Source: a candidate division WWE3 bacterium (GTDB lineage Bacteria > Patescibacteriota > WWE3 > UBA101185 > UBA10185). From it: DNA of 64,000 nucleotides. The notes under the pieces are model-generated. The model saw only the letters and a program-made list of their open reading frames with translations. It had not been told where the DNA came from and ran no database searches. This document shows, piece by piece, positions 30,976 through 41,282 of this stretch (the first letter of the stretch is position 1; each line of letters opens with the position of its first letter). The stretch lies in the NCBI GenBank assembly GCA_052035175.1, contig JBPOHV010000001.1, forward strand, positions 772,228-836,227, in the 5' to 3' direction. Made by a program: the position numbers and the translations under genes.

Positions 30976-33900
30976 CTATTGAGATTTTCGTTTAAAGATT
31001 AATGGTAAGGTCAAAAACCCTATAACCTCTAATACCTGAGGCCAGAAGATGGCATGTACATTATCCAAATTAGCCTCGGCTTTGCTCATAATCCAGCCAT
31101 TTGCCCAGTTATTAACCGCTATATGTTGGGCATTACAAGGTAAAAGACCACAGAACAACAGCCAACCGTGCTCATAAGCTTGGTTATAAACGACTAATTG
31201 TTGTTTATCAGCAGTCATCTTCTGCGCATCATAGGCATCTTTATAAACCAAAGACTTTATATAGCTATAAGGCACTTCAGAAACACTTAGGTACGCGAGT
31301 TCATTTTTTGTAGGTTCATTGCCTATAGGTAATGAAGTAAAGTTGAGAGTGTACCCCCTGCCCTTGTCCATTGGAGGTACAAAATAGTAATAATCGTGCC
31401 ATTCGGCAGATTCTGGTAGTGAAATATATAAATCGCATCTTTTACTTTCATTATTTGATAAACAAATTCGTAGAGGCAACCCTTGCAAGTTTCTAGATCT
31501 AAACTGCAATAATAACCCAGTTGCGTGAGATACGTTGTCCAAAGCTATTGTGTCACAAATATAATCGTCATTGGCTGTATATGTTAATACTCCGTTTACT
31601 ACTTTTGTATTTCCCCCAGATATCAACCTCTCACCTGTTTTACACGATCTTGGGTTCAAAGCAAACTTTGAAATATCACCAGAATAAATAGGATCTTTGG
31701 CTAGCTTTATATATGACGTCAATAAATTTAGATTATTCAAGTCAACATCAACCTTTGCAATAGTTGAAGGAGTAAGCAATGTCGGCTTTATATTAGAAAA
31801 ATCTATCGACACTTCGGTTTTGGATAAAATACCAGAAACACTTATGTGTAAATCGTATCTGCTTACATCATTGCCTTCTAATAAAGCGTAAACTGTACTT
31901 GCATCTACCGTATTATTTACGCATACACCGGTATAATTGTCATATATACATATACTTGGCTTGCGTGAGTCATTGTCAAAAACAAAGTTTAATAAAAGGA
32001 TTTCATTAGACTTTATTGCACTAACAAAATCTGCAAGCTTTATATTTACACAAGCGATCGCGCTTTTCGACGAAAGACTAAACCCAGTATTTGTCCTGGT
32101 TAAGGTATACGACGCATTAGCGTTTACATCACTGCATACATCTAGCGCAACATTCTTTATAGGTATTGCCTGTGCATCATATGTCTTTGTATAAAAAGTT
32201 GCATTTGATAAATCTGAGGTGCTTGCTTGTATATATTGTGCAGCGTGCGAAACATCTACTAAAGCATTTCCGAACCCTACATGTGTATAAATGGCTGGCA
32301 CTAAAAGCTCAAAAATCAAATATTGTCGGTTTGTATCATAACCTTGGATAACATGATTACCATTGTAATTCTTCGATTCTACTAACAATTCTATATCACC
32401 TTCATAATTATCAACTAACTTTATATTGGATTCTTTTGGCATTTGTAAATGTATAAACTTATCATCAGCTGAGATTGACGCTGCGCTCACTTTTTCGTCA
32501 TAATCATTAATCCCTACAAAAGGGAACACTTGCTCCCCTGTTTGAGCATATGTATTAAAGTAATCATATGCCGGATCGGTATGTTCTTTGAAAGAGTGAT
32601 CATTTGATAAAACATATTCAGACGTAATTTCTTTTTGAGAATATTGATGTGAAGGCGCGTATTTATAAACCAATAACCCATCGCCAAAGTCTTTTTCCAA
32701 AACTATATTATTTGACGCTTCTAACAAGGTCTGTATTTGGCTTAAATACAGCTCATTTGGATCATTACCCGGCAGCAATACACTTTTATCAAATAAAACC
32801 CATTTGACTTTATATTTGGAAAAAACTGCTTCAAAAGCTGGTAAATCTTGGCTATACACTGCTTTTACCATTTCTCGATAATAATTTTCGTTAGTAATAT
32901 TCCATCTATCAAATTCTCTATCCAGCAACGGCTGCTTTATACCAAACCACAAAAATCCTGCGCCTTGATAACCTGACTGGTTAGAACCCCAATTGTGATA
33001 TACCCAACCCCAAAATGTCGGTATTGGCAGGTTGGCAACTCTTCCATATTCTTTTTGGCCATCAAAATATTTAAACATGTCAAAATATCGATTTGGGATT
33101 TTGACCTTCATACTTGGGCTTATGAAGTAACCATTAAATGCTGGCAACATATAGTAACTTATGCAAAAAGATAAACTCAAGACAAAAAGTACTTTTACAA
33201 AAATACGCAAGATGTTGAATTTCAATTTATCAAAAAGGGAGTACAACCATGATACAAAGTAACCAAATAGACCACCATAACAAAGCATTAGCAAAATTGA
33301 GAATTTTGTGAAAGGAAATCTAAATGCTTCGCCAAAAAATGGCACATATTTTTGCAAAAAGATAAAAATAAATCCGAAAGGTGGATTCACATTTAGCAAA
33401 AAGAAGGCTGCCATAAGGCCAAGCATACCAATACTGAGCACATATTTATCCCGCTTATAAATACCTACTGACAAACCCATTAATGCCAAGAAATAAATGC
33501 TATATCCGATAGCAGATACATAAGGGCGGGCCAAATGAAAACTCCATTCGTCTAACAAATCACCAAATTGCCCATTACCAATATGCTCTCCCCAATTGAA
33601 CAAGAAATTCTTGAGTAATGCTGTATCAGCAACAGTACCAAATTTTTTATTCTGCAAGAATGCTTCTTGCGAAAACAAATGATGTATCTTTGACTCGCCT
33701 ACTTCTTGCGCATGATTCAAAACGAAATATACATTTGGCAATAACCAAAATAAATTAACAAAGATTAAATAAAAAATAATATGCAAAAAAACACCAAATG
33801 ATTGTTTAAATTGGTCTTCGAAAACCGAAATCAGCAGCAAAGTACCAAAATACACCACAATACCTCCAAAATAAGCATAAAATAGCGTGGCGGTATGAGC

Positions 33901-34500
33901 TTGTGACGCTGCCAACAGATTGAGACCAGCAAAAATGAGCAGATTTCTGCGTTCTTTTTTTTCAAAATACAAAGTACCAAATGCAAATATCCACCCCAAA
34001 TACCCATAATGTGTCAAAAACATTTCTAAAGGTACGTAAAAATGCTGCAGCGTACCCAAATTTAATAAATAAACTAAACCTGCAAAAAAACTGCCTACTT
34101 CTGATGCACTTTTACTGAATCTTTTGGTAAGTATTGTCTTTGCAAAGTAATACACTCCTAGCGGGCCTAATATAAGCATTAAAAAGGTGTAAGCATACCT
34201 CACCATATTAGTTGGTAAAAATAAGTCTATAAACATAAGTAGTGGTATACGCGTGATTTCTGAAGCATGTGCTTGAGTTGCCACCGCACCCAAACCTTGA
34301 TGCTCTTGCCATACTCCCCCCAAAATGCGAGACCAATAAATACGGTAGTTGAACTCTGGATGCAAAGTATCCCATCCTGTTAAATATGTCCCAGGTGAAT
34401 AATTTTTAAAACAAATAAATGCTGTGATAACAAACAAAACAATTGCAAGTGGGTTATGTATGATTAATGATTTAAAACGCAGGGCAAGTCGTTTGAGCAT
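30976..34500 (-). CDS. Large polytopic membrane protein (about 500-aa multi-TM N-terminal domain plus a 650-aa extracytoplasmic domain); a YfhO/GT-C-like putative glycosyltransferase.
   Basis: 1174 aa. More than 12 predicted TM helices, then a long soluble domain. The family assignment rests on architecture only. Confidence 0.4.
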   Translation of the reverse strand: MLKRLALRFKSLIIHNPLAIVLFVITAFICFKNYSPGTYLTGWDTLHPEFNYRIYWSRILGGVWQEHQGLGAVATQAHASEITRIPLLMFIDLFLPTNMVRYAYTFLMLILGPLGVYYFAKTILTKRFSKSASEVGSFFAGLVYLLNLGTLQHFYVPLEMFLTHYGYLGWIFAFGTLYFEKKERRNLLIFAGLNLLAASQAHTATLFYAYFGGIVVYFGTLLLISVFEDQFKQSFGVFLHIIFYLIFVNLFWLLPNVYFVLNHAQEVGESKIHHLFSQEAFLQNKKFGTVADTALLKNFLFNWGEHIGNGQFGDLLDEWSFHLARPYVSAIGYSIYFLALMGLSVGIYKRDKYVLSIGMLGLMAAFFLLNVNPPFGFIFIFLQKYVPFFGEAFRFPFTKFSILLMLCYGGLFGYFVSWLYSLFDKLKFNILRIFVKVLFVLSLSFCISYYMLPAFNGYFISPSMKVKIPNRYFDMFKYFDGQKEYGRVANLPIPTFWGWVYHNWGSNQSGYQGAGFLWFGIKQPLLDREFDRWNITNENYYREMVKAVYSQDLPAFEAVFSKYKVKWVLFDKSVLLPGNDPNELYLSQIQTLLEASNNIVLEKDFGDGLLVYKYAPSHQYSQKEITSEYVLSNDHSFKEHTDPAYDYFNTYAQTGEQVFPFVGINDYDEKVSAASISADDKFIHLQMPKESNIKLVDNYEGDIELLVESKNYNGNHVIQGYDTNRQYLIFELLVPAIYTHVGFGNALVDVSHAAQYIQASTSDLSNATFYTKTYDAQAIPIKNVALDVCSDVNANASYTLTRTNTGFSLSSKSAIACVNIKLADFVSAIKSNEILLLNFVFDNDSRKPSICIYDNYTGVCVNNTVDASTVYALLEGNDVSRYDLHISVSGILSKTEVSIDFSNIKPTLLTPSTIAKVDVDLNNLNLLTSYIKLAKDPIYSGDISKFALNPRSCKTGERLISGGNTKVVNGVLTYTANDDYICDTIALDNVSHATGLLLQFRSRNLQGLPLRICLSNNESKRCDLYISLPESAEWHDYYYFVPPMDKGRGYTLNFTSLPIGNEPTKNELAYLSVSEVPYSYIKSLVYKDAYDAQKMTADKQQLVVYNQAYEHGWLLFCGLLPCNAQHIAVNNWANGWIMSKAEANLDNVHAIFWPQVLEVIGFLTLPLIFKRKSQ

Positions 34501-34565
34501 TGTGTTAATTCTAATATGAAATCAAATGCTTATAAATGCTTTTAAAATAGTCTCTAGAACGCAAA

Positions 34566-34623
34566 GCGCCCCACTGTGTGATTTCAAATATCTGCTTGTT
34601 AGCAGAATCTACACAGTGGGGCG
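34566..34623. terminator. Long hairpin (13-bp perfect stem with a nested inner palindrome) at the 3' end of the GC-rich gene.
   Basis: gcgccccactgtgt ... acacagtggggcg, with the inner tctgcttgttagcaga. Confidence 0.5.
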
Positions 34624-34645
34624 TTCTTTTGCACCCGAGAAAACT

Positions 34646-35752
34646 TTACGGCGTCCAAATATATGGATCAAGAATAGTTCCGTCAGCCAGAACCTTCACG
34701 ATCCATGTATGGACACCACCTTGACCTGCAGCCCAGATATCAATCTGGGCGTCCCCGGCTATTTGCGTTGTTCCGCATGCCCACATTGGGGCAGTCTGCG
34801 GGGCATCTGGGCCAGGAACTTGGGTAAAGTGGAAAACTAAATCCACTTCGGAAACCACGACAAAAGTATCGTTCTGCGGTATGGCTACAGCCATCGTCGC
34901 AGATTCGATAATTGCCGAGTCTCCAGACCCAATAAGGCCTGGCCAACCCTCGGCCCAAAGGCGCGCTTCTGGATCTGGAGAATCCCAGAACCAGATGACG
35001 CCCTCTGGCTGAGGGCCACAATGATTTTCCTCGTACGGCACGGCCGTAGGAGAAGGTGTCATAGTAGGAGTTGGCGTGACCGTCGGGGACGGAGTCCCTG
35101 TGGGTGTCACAGGATCCGTCGGAGTCGACGTCACGGTTGGGCTGGGCGTGGCGGTCGGGCCATTGTACACCTCAACGGTGTACGCCCCATCCGCTGACAC
35201 GCGGATAACCCAATACTCCATCCCCTGATTTTGCCAACCAGAAGTCAGTTCTGCGATTTTGGACTCTGGCATATCGCCCTGAGTCCCACAACCGTAGATG
35301 TTAGCGAAACCCGACCCGCCCAGCGGGACATTGCTAAAGGACAGCGGAAGTTTCGAAATAAACAGCGTTGGAACGCTGATCGAAACTTGTTGCCCAGCAA
35401 TAATCCACAAAGATGGATCTACCGTAACCCAAAGCCCATTTCCTTCAGGCAAAATAACTGCCCAAGGATTCGAGGTGTCACCATCAACGATGGGACCACC
35501 TTGCTCATCCTGCCCGCATGGGCCTTGGATGAAGGGTTCGAGGGTGGCAGTGGGCGTTGCAGTCGGTTCCGGAATGCCTTCTCCATTTGCCACAAAGGGC
35601 AAATAGGAAAGCAGGTTCAACGGAAGAGCCTCCGTAGGGGTCGGGCTAACCCGATCCGCTACATTGTTGGCCAGCGCCTGAAACGGCGCGACCAATAAAG
35701 AAAAAACAAAAAAGGCCGCGATGGCCAACGATAAGAAACGATTAAGTTTCAC
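34646..35752 (-). CDS. Secreted protein with a Pro/Thr-rich linker, encoded in a GC-rich (about 57%) compositional island.
   Basis: GTG start, with AAGGAG 9 nt upstream. Signal peptide MKLNRFLSLAIAAFFVFSLLVAPFQALA. Linker PTATPSPTVTSTPTDPVTPTGTPSPTVTPTPTMTPSPTAVP. Codon usage and GC content are sharply different from the flanking sequence. Confidence 0.65.
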   Translation of the reverse strand: MKLNRFLSLAIAAFFVFSLLVAPFQALANNVADRVSPTPTEALPLNLLSYLPFVANGEGIPEPTATPTATLEPFIQGPCGQDEQGGPIVDGDTSNPWAVILPEGNGLWVTVDPSLWIIAGQQVSISVPTLFISKLPLSFSNVPLGGSGFANIYGCGTQGDMPESKIAELTSGWQNQGMEYWVIRVSADGAYTVEVYNGPTATPSPTVTSTPTDPVTPTGTPSPTVTPTPTMTPSPTAVPYEENHCGPQPEGVIWFWDSPDPEARLWAEGWPGLIGSGDSAIIESATMAVAIPQNDTFVVVSEVDLVFHFTQVPGPDAPQTAPMWACGTTQIAGDAQIDIWAAGQGGVHTWIVKVLADGTILDPYIWTP

Positions 35753-35885
35753 TTCGAAAACTCCTTTACTAATACTACATTTGGGTGCGATTTATGGTAT
35801 GAATTATATCATTACTATAGGTCTTATGTCAACCTACGATATGACAACAAAAGGAAAAAAGGCATATGAGATGTATCTGAAATGC

Positions 35886-37487
35886 TTAGATAATAAATCT
35901 CGAACTAAGGCTCCAAAAAGCCATAAAAAGCGCACCAAGGAGCACAAAAAGCACATAAAACAGCTTTGTAGGTAACTTTTTGCTTTCCAAAAGCATAGCC
36001 AAATATACAAACAAACTCAGACCAAAAAAGCTATATTTCAAAACCCCAGAAAGTCCCCCATTGACCAGACCAATTGTCAAAAAGCAACTCAACAAAGCAT
36101 AAAACATATTTTGCGTATCTTGATTTAATTTATCTTTTAATCTAGTAATTCCAAAAAAACTTAAGCCTGCTAGCAAAATTGCACTTAGTGTTTCAAACAG
36201 CGCATATTTGTCAAAATGCACAAAGTAATTGAATAATCCGCCTACAAAAGAAGTGCCATCACCATACCAAGGTTTGCGCGCGTTATAAATAACCAACCAA
36301 TCACCAGTTTGCGAATACAAAGCATACAGATACATAAACAAAGTCAGCAAAACTATTGAAACAATCAACAAATACTTCTCTCGTTTATCTTTGAGCATAA
36401 AATATAAAGGAATCAAAACTAATAATCCATAAATATTTGTATAAACCAGCAAAGACAATAAAAATCCGCTCAATACACTACTCTTCTTTGCATAAAAAAG
36501 AGTCATAAATAAAAGCATGTTAAAAATGGAAACGCTCAAAAATGCAAAATTAAAAAAAGAAAAAGGAAATAAAATATATAAAATAGTAGATTTCCAGGCT
36601 AAACTTTCGTCGAAATAAACTTGCAATAATTTATATAAATAAAACGCCGAAACTATAAAACAAACTAGCGAAATTAGTATTCCAGACACAACTACATCCA
36701 AACTACTTAATGAAACAAATTTGGCGAGATTGGAATATAAAGGCATAAATGCATAAACAGTAAACTGCTTTTCGTATGAAATTTGAGGAACTTCGACCAA
36801 ATTATCTTTAGAAATGACTCTACAACCATCACCTCTATATTCCAAATCTGGCATACCGTTTGGACGCGTGCTACCAAAGGTAGGTTGAGGCTGTTCAGGT
36901 GATATTTTTGAGAAAGATTCTTGATATACAACATTATTATCATAAGCAGAATAATAAGTTACAAACGCAGTATCACACGCGCTATCGCCACAAGCTGTAG
37001 GATTGGTAATACCTTCGTTTGCAATTTTTACATCGCGGTCATAATCAATAGGGCCAGTAAACTCACAATAACCAATACCTTCATAACCATTATAAATAGG
37101 CACAGTTACTCTTTCGCCTCTTTTACCTATCAAAAATAATGTGTTATTAACTTTTTGTGTAAATAGCGTGTGAGGCAAAGCAAATTTCTTTTCGCCTACT
37201 AAACCAGAACCCAAAAATACTTTTACCCAACCGTCTGCAGGTATATCTATGTTGGCAACAGTTATTTTTTGATCAAGCTTGGGATACCCTTTTTCAGCTA
37301 TATCATAATAAAATCCGCTATCCCAAGACGTCCAAGCATTTACAAATGTATACGGGCTTGTATATGTCCACGATGGGAATGGTTTGGAAGTATCTAGTAA
37401 AGTTGTGCGCGCAAAAACTCCAACCAGTGTATATACGACAAATAACCCAAGTATTAATAATGTTAATTGGCTGAGTTTTTTGGGCAT
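35886..37487 (-). CDS. GT-C-fold membrane glycosyltransferase-like protein (PIG-V/DUF2029-like WD..Y.IA..GY motif).
   Basis: 533 aa. N-terminal TM segment, WDSGFYYDIAEKGY motif, C-terminal domain of about 10 TM helices. Confidence 0.4.
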   Translation of the reverse strand: MPKKLSQLTLLILGLFVVYTLVGVFARTTLLDTSKPFPSWTYTSPYTFVNAWTSWDSGFYYDIAEKGYPKLDQKITVANIDIPADGWVKVFLGSGLVGEKKFALPHTLFTQKVNNTLFLIGKRGERVTVPIYNGYEGIGYCEFTGPIDYDRDVKIANEGITNPTACGDSACDTAFVTYYSAYDNNVVYQESFSKISPEQPQPTFGSTRPNGMPDLEYRGDGCRVISKDNLVEVPQISYEKQFTVYAFMPLYSNLAKFVSLSSLDVVVSGILISLVCFIVSAFYLYKLLQVYFDESLAWKSTILYILFPFSFFNFAFLSVSIFNMLLFMTLFYAKKSSVLSGFLLSLLVYTNIYGLLVLIPLYFMLKDKREKYLLIVSIVLLTLFMYLYALYSQTGDWLVIYNARKPWYGDGTSFVGGLFNYFVHFDKYALFETLSAILLAGLSFFGITRLKDKLNQDTQNMFYALLSCFLTIGLVNGGLSGVLKYSFFGLSLFVYLAMLLESKKLPTKLFYVLFVLLGALFMAFWSLSSRFII

Positions 37488-37499
37488 ATATAAATGATA

Positions 37500-39638
37500 C
37501 TATCGACTCCCCCCATACTCAATAAATAATTCGTCTTTTAAAGAATATTCATCAGAATAATATGGAATTACTTTTAATTTTTTCATTACTTTTTGCAAAC
37601 CTGTGCCTTCAAAATCTGCTTGTGTATATTTTGTCTGTGTGAGTTTTGTTATATCAGAGCCATTTACTTGAGTATGGATTAAGTTTTGACATCTTCCGTC
37701 TCGGCAAGATTGTCTTTCATCGGTTTGTATAGACATATCCAACAAAGCTGAAGATATTTCTTTTTGAATTTTTAGTTTTGTACCTAATCTGTGACAATAC
37801 GAGAACCCTGTTTTTGGTAAATCATTTATTATTACTTCTTTAGGGTAAACTTCGTAATTGTTAATTTCCAAGATGTGTAGAGTTTCGGGTAAATAAGGTT
37901 GTTTAATGCTTTGATAATTATAATGGCCTGTAAATAGTATAAGTGACGCCAACGGCTCTATTGTAAATTTAAATTCTCCTGTAGAAGTCTTCTCTACTCC
38001 GCAAGTATTGACCTTCACAGGCACATCAAAGTCTTTGCGCTTATAAGTTGTAATATCGTTTGCTTCATTTTCAAATACTTGTAGTTTGTCAAACCACACA
38101 GCGCTTCTATATTTCATAAATTCTGTAGCTTGCATAAGTGCTGCATAATTGCGTAAACCTGTAGGACCAGGATTTTCTGGTGCTAATACATAAGAGACAT
38201 TTTTGTCGCGTAAGAATTTGACTATTTCGTAATCAGATTTAAATGGTTCAAATTGATAATAAGGTACTGGCATATACACTTTGTCTAGCATCATTTGTTC
38301 TCGCAACATTTCTAGACCTGCTGCTGATACTTTTTCATAATCAACAAGTGGTGTAATGCCTACGGCTTGAGTGTCAGAAAAGACTGCATCGGCCATAATG
38401 TTGTTAAATATTTCTTTCATTGGTGGTTTATATGGTCTATATGAGTACAAATCTGGTCTTATCTCAAAATACTCATACATCGGACCTGTAAGTAGAATCC
38501 CCCACGCTGTTGATTCTGTTGAATGTGCTTTTATATGATTGAAACAAGTAAAAACAAATATAAACAATGTAAATGCAACGATAAAAATGCGCAATTTCTT
38601 TTGTTTTATAATATCCAAAACATAAGCAGTGAGAATCGCTAAGGGTAAACTGAGTACAAATAAGTACCTTTGATTTTTATTTTGAATAAGGCTGAATAGA
38701 AAGTAGACTAAAAACAAATGTGCAAATAACAAAAGCGCTGTGCGTCTGTCTTTTTTATAAAAATGAAACCCACCAAACAATGCACATACAAATGGCACTA
38801 AATACATTTGATAAACCAACAACCCTTTGATGTAATGGCCAAAGTTTTCGATAGATAATAGCTTTTTTGGATCATCGGCTTCACCTACTGCATATAACGA
38901 GCTCAAAATGCGCATTTCTTGAAAATTTAATATATACCAAGGCAAAGCTATAACGATAAACATAAGTGATCCGAGCAAAATAGGCTTGATCATATTTTTT
39001 ATTTGACCGTGCTTATAGCCTGTATATAAAACATAAAGTACTGGTACTACAAGAAACAAAAATCCATACCATTTGATCAATTGAGTCAATGCAAATGTAA
39101 TAAAAAATAAAAATGTAAATTTTGAATTAGTAAAATATTTGGATTTAAATAAAAAGTGGTAACACAAAAGCACAAACAAAGTGAGCGGGATTTCTAGATG
39201 AAATACTCTAGATTGATCCCCTACTAAAGGCGATAACGAATAAAAAAATGTACTATAAAACGCTAATTTTTCTGAATACCCTAGATTTATTATTAATTTA
39301 TAAAATAAAACAATCGTTCCCAAAAACATCGAAAATATAAAACCAAGTTGTAATACAAAGTGATAACCAAATATGAGATTAAATACTGCCATTATCAAAT
39401 GGATCAGTGGTGGGTAATAATTGGATTGTGTGGCTATGTCATAAAGAGTTACGCTGCCCCCACCAAAGTATTCTTTGAACATATCTGCGAATCTCATAGA
39501 AAGCGCCATATGGCCTGCGCTATCCCATGTCTGGTACGACTTATCCAAAAGCCTAAATACTACGTATACGAGTGTGTGAAATATAAGAAGTAGATAAAGA
39601 TATTTGTGATATTTGGAACTCGGCAGCAAAACTTTCAT
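37500..39638 (-). CDS. GT-C-fold (ArnT/PMT-like) polytopic membrane glycosyltransferase-like protein with a C-terminal soluble domain.
   Basis: 712 aa. About 11 TM helices in the first 380 aa, then a soluble domain. Confidence 0.4.
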   Translation of the reverse strand: MKVLLPSSKYHKYLYLLLIFHTLVYVVFRLLDKSYQTWDSAGHMALSMRFADMFKEYFGGGSVTLYDIATQSNYYPPLIHLIMAVFNLIFGYHFVLQLGFIFSMFLGTIVLFYKLIINLGYSEKLAFYSTFFYSLSPLVGDQSRVFHLEIPLTLFVLLCYHFLFKSKYFTNSKFTFLFFITFALTQLIKWYGFLFLVVPVLYVLYTGYKHGQIKNMIKPILLGSLMFIVIALPWYILNFQEMRILSSLYAVGEADDPKKLLSIENFGHYIKGLLVYQMYLVPFVCALFGGFHFYKKDRRTALLLFAHLFLVYFLFSLIQNKNQRYLFVLSLPLAILTAYVLDIIKQKKLRIFIVAFTLFIFVFTCFNHIKAHSTESTAWGILLTGPMYEYFEIRPDLYSYRPYKPPMKEIFNNIMADAVFSDTQAVGITPLVDYEKVSAAGLEMLREQMMLDKVYMPVPYYQFEPFKSDYEIVKFLRDKNVSYVLAPENPGPTGLRNYAALMQATEFMKYRSAVWFDKLQVFENEANDITTYKRKDFDVPVKVNTCGVEKTSTGEFKFTIEPLASLILFTGHYNYQSIKQPYLPETLHILEINNYEVYPKEVIINDLPKTGFSYCHRLGTKLKIQKEISSALLDMSIQTDERQSCRDGRCQNLIHTQVNGSDITKLTQTKYTQADFEGTGLQKVMKKLKVIPYYSDEYSLKDELFIEYGGSR

Positions 39639-39795
39639 TTATATGAGTTTATAGGATTTTACAATGCTTAAAAAGGGTCTAGAAATGCAAGGAGGCCCCG
39701 AATGGGAGAAGTAAATAGTGTGGATCAGCTTTATAGGCCGAAACTCTTTTTTAAATCTCTCCATTCGGAGCCTCACAATGCGTAAACTTACGGTT

Positions 39796-40560
39796 TTACT
39801 GTTCGAGAACAGTCGTTTCAACAAGCGAGTAGCCTGGGATGGACGCGGCATCAATCACGAGGAAACCCTCACTTTGACTGCCTTCGTCGAGCACGGCATA
39901 TGACGCATAAACGTCTTTGCCTTCACCAGGACCACCTTTCGGACCTTGCAGGTCCGCCGCCATTAACGCGATTTGTTCGGGGGTACCCCGATAAATGCAC
40001 AAATGCACATCATGGCGGTTGTTTGGATCATTCCAGCTCGTTTGCACAGTCACCTCGAGGGGTACCGTTGAACCATTGTAGAAAGAGAGCACTGCCCCCT
40101 TTCCACTAGACTCAAAGGTTTTACCCGCAAAGGTAACCACGCCGGGCGACATGGAGAGCCAAGCGCCTTCACCAGGATTGAGAACAGCCACCGGGATGGC
40201 GGTTTCAACAGTGAGAAGGGGCATAGCGGCCTCGTCGCAAGCGACGTAAACTGGATCACCAGCCGGGGCTTCCCGAACCATTTCGGTCAGCAATTGCTGA
40301 TTGGCGACCTGACGAGAGGTCCCGGTAGCCGCAATGGCTTCGGGACTGTCGAGGTCGATGGTGTTCCGGCTATTGGAGCCGGTGTTCTCGGTGACCGAGG
40401 TTTCCCAAGGCCAGTTAATCGCGGACATAGATGGCGAAGCCACCTTAAAGACTGCGCTTCCGATTACCACCACACAGGCGGCAATAAAAGCGAGCAGTAC
40501 CGCTCCAAACAGAAACTGGAAGAAGCGGGTCCACGGGTTGACGGATTGAGTTGTGTTCAT
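39796..40560 (-). CDS. Signal-anchored hypothetical protein encoded in a GC-rich (about 56%) island.
   Basis: ATG at 40560, with AGGAG 8 nt upstream. MNTTQSVNPWTRFFQFLFGAVLLAFIAACVVVIG... The track start at 40587 is an upstream TTG. Confidence 0.55.
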   Translation of the reverse strand: MNTTQSVNPWTRFFQFLFGAVLLAFIAACVVVIGSAVFKVASPSMSAINWPWETSVTENTGSNSRNTIDLDSPEAIAATGTSRQVANQQLLTEMVREAPAGDPVYVACDEAAMPLLTVETAIPVAVLNPGEGAWLSMSPGVVTFAGKTFESSGKGAVLSFYNGSTVPLEVTVQTSWNDPNNRHDVHLCIYRGTPEQIALMAADLQGPKGGPGEGKDVYASYAVLDEGSQSEGFLVIDAASIPGYSLVETTVLEQ

Positions 40561-40760
40561 GAGAATTCTCCTTGTTTTTCTTGACAATCTGTGAATGCAG
40601 AATGCCTTATTTAAAGCTCCAAATTTCTTTAGAAACTTAAAAAAGGCATTTGCACACAGTAACCAAAATAAGAAGATTTCTCATTTATTTAACCGTAAGT
40701 ACGCATTTTCAATGTACTTCGCCTTAGCTATAAGCTAAAACGAATATTCCAGCGATTTGA
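40561..40760 (-). promoter_or_regulatory. AT-rich 5' leader of the GC-rich gene at 39796..40560; copy A of a duplicated leader of about 180 bp.
   Basis: About 65-70% identical by eye to 41283..41480, including the same SD context AGGAGAAT(T/A)(C/T)TC-ATG and the blocks ...tccaa..ggaaact.aaaaaaggcatt..., ...tttaaccgt.a.acgc.ttttcaa.gt.cttc.c.ctaagc... Confidence 0.5.
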
Positions 40761-40901
40761 CTCGGCTGGCTTCAAGCCTCAAGAATTCAATCTTAACGCT
40801 TAGAGCCAGCCCGGCAACCAATGGTGTGTAAATTCCTCCCCTTTCGGGGAAGCTAGACACAGCCTCTGGCTGCCGAGGAGACGTGTAACGGTTTGGGCCA
40901 A

Positions 40902-41282
40902 CTAGGCAGTCGCCTTTTTGAAAGGATTGAATGAGGCAAAGGCCTCACGCAAGCCATCCAACATGGCGTCTTTAACGCCAACCTTGAGCTGGGGATTTTC
41001 GGCCGCATCAGCCACGAACAAAGCCCGGACGCTGTCCGGAATGTATTCATAGGCCAACAAGGCTTTTTCGATCCGATCAGACGGATCGTGGGCTAACCCA
41101 CGACGCGAGAGATCGGCATTGCCGAGGCTCGGATCAATCGATCCAACTAAGGCGTCATACGCCTGTTGGATAAACTCTATCCCGACACCTTTCGCGGCAC
41201 GCGCATCTGCGGCAGATACAATAGTGGACAAAAGGGTGGTTTTGAGATCCGGGGCTGTGGGGGCAACTTTAGCAGTAATCAT
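40902..41282 (-). CDS. Hypothetical protein (126 aa) encoded in a GC-rich (about 58%) island.
   Basis: ATG at 41282 with AAGGAGAATATC immediately upstream. No family recognised. Confidence 0.5.
   Translation of the reverse strand: MITAKVAPTAPDLKTTLLSTIVSAADARAAKGVGIEFIQQAYDALVGSIDPSLGNADLSRRGLAHDPSDRIEKALLAYEYIPDSVRALFVADAAENPQLKVGVKDAMLDGLREAFASFNPFKKATA

Noticed and set aside
35231-35698. Plus-strand ORFs 35231..35698, 35298..35606 and 34740..35021, and 39900..40109, 40294..40584, 40334..40549, 40853..41050, inside the GC-rich islands.
   Set aside because: High GC suppresses stop codons on all frames. The minus-strand ORFs are longer and have SD sequences and signal peptides. The plus-strand ones lack ribosome-binding sites.
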